A DNA stretch of 64,000 nucleotides from the human T2T-CHM13v2.0 reference genome, Homo sapiens: NCBI RefSeq assembly GCF_009914755.1, contig NC_060938.1. The stretch is one strand, 5' to 3'. A program made the position numbers and the translations under genes. Each line of letters opens with the position of its first letter. The stretch's first letter is position 1. Below the pieces are notes generated by a model that saw only the letters and a program-made list of their open reading frames with translations, made no database searches and was not told where the DNA came from. Positions 62,644 through 64,000 of this stretch are shown here, in pieces.

Positions 62644-64000
62644 TATTATAGTTCTTTTTATAATTGGCAGGATTAGCTGTGGCCTACATGATCACAGGAA
62701 ATAATAAGGCAGGGGTTGTAAACTCAAATGCCTATAAGCACGAGCCATGTAACAGAAGTACATGAAACAGTTAAGTGTAAGACATAGATATTTATTAGTT
62801 GATTTTAGCTGCTGACAACAGCAGCAAACATTTATTTTTTTGCTCATGGGTCTCCATGTCTGCAAAGGTGGATCCTGTCTTCTTCAGGCTGCAGTGAGGT
62901 TCAGATGTGCCCCACAAGTTGTAACAGCAGCAGGAAAACCAGAGAGAGATTTCAAATGGATGTTCCTTGAGTACAGTCTGCTGACATTCATTTATCCTGC
63001 CCTATGTTTTGAAAGGCAGATAACTAGGCCTCTGTTCTAATACAGACATTTAGCATATGCGGTTGATTGGACCATTGTTCCCAATTCTTCACTTACTCTC
63101 TAATTTAGAAATAAACATTCTGCTCTGTAATGGTTTACTAGAGTCTTTTATGTGGCACATGTTCAATAACTGCTGTTAAATGAATGATTATATCCCTTAA
63201 TACTGTTTGATTTTTGTTAATGGTGGAACTTGGGGTACTTGTCATTTCCATTCCCTCCTGCTTTTTCTGCTCTTTTCCCATCCCTACTCTTCCTCTCTCC
63301 CTTCCCATTTACTTCCAAAACGGCAGCTGTCAATATGAAAAAGGAGGGAGTGGTAGAGAGAATCCAAGACATAAACTCTTCCACATGTTGGTGTAAAGTA
63401 ATTTAAGATCAAGGTTTCTTTCACAAGGCAAAATGCAATGCAACCTGGCCTTTCTGAGATTCTTTTTTTTTTTCCTTTTTTATGGTTTTGGCTTTAGGAT
63501 TTAGAATGTTAGTTATTTTAAAAATGAATTTTGTAGGTCTGAAGACCTACTCATATTTCTACATAATTGTTGAGCAAACGGAGACAAGTAGTTAGATGCT
63601 GGAGGTCATTAAAAAATATTTTTTAATGAAGCTTTTTTAAAACATGCTCACTGGTTTCAGATCAGAGCCAGGCATCCTTAAATTGTCTTCTGCCAGGTAT
63701 TGGCTTGGCAGATTACCCTGTCCAGTTGCCCTCATCTTGAATGTGAGGAGAGTTAACTTGATAAGATTTTAGGTCCTAACTGGACCAGATTTTACATTCC
63801 TCTCAGCCATGAAAAGTTTAAGATGAGCAGGCTTCATTTTTACTTTAGTACAATTAGACCTTTTCTTGGGAACAATTCTCTTTCCTCTTCAAACCAATTA
63901 TTAACATTTTCTTCCTTGCTGATATTTGAGTGATATTCACTACTGACTTTTTTTTTTTTTAGTTCTTTTACATTTCTCAAGCAGGTTGTTGAAACTTTGG

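Overview
Primate (almost certainly human, recalled as 14q24.1) genomic DNA holding two divergently transcribed genes. The minus strand carries the 5' half of ZFYVE26 (spastizin/SPG15): non-coding exon 1 plus coding exons 2-14, c.1-2553, all GT-AG and phase-consistent. The plus strand carries RAD51B exons 1-4 (c.1-315); the Walker A exon lies beyond the window. The rest is repeat-rich intron: about 40 Alus, a large nested L1 block, MLT1/LTR8 LTRs, MER44, MIR/L2 and microsatellites. A DNAJC9 retrocopy sits antisense in ZFYVE26 intron 10. I see no evidence of a wholly new biological system. Most worth a second look: (1) the retrocopy shares one L1-endonuclease site with an Alu (target-site motif present three times), apparently kept parental intron-1 sequence, and has an open ORF covering only the histone-binding half; (2) a spliced strong-Kozak uORF in frame with the ZFYVE26 CDS and cut off by one TAA; (3) a stop-free in-frame 258-nt intron 11; (4) a perfect CLEAR palindrome in the ZFYVE26 promoter; (5) a 135-bp non-Alu inverted duplication in RAD51B intron 4; (6) a patchwork of locally templated insertions in ZFYVE26 intron 3. 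Gene and repeat identities come from recall, not searches, and repeat boundaries are approximate.
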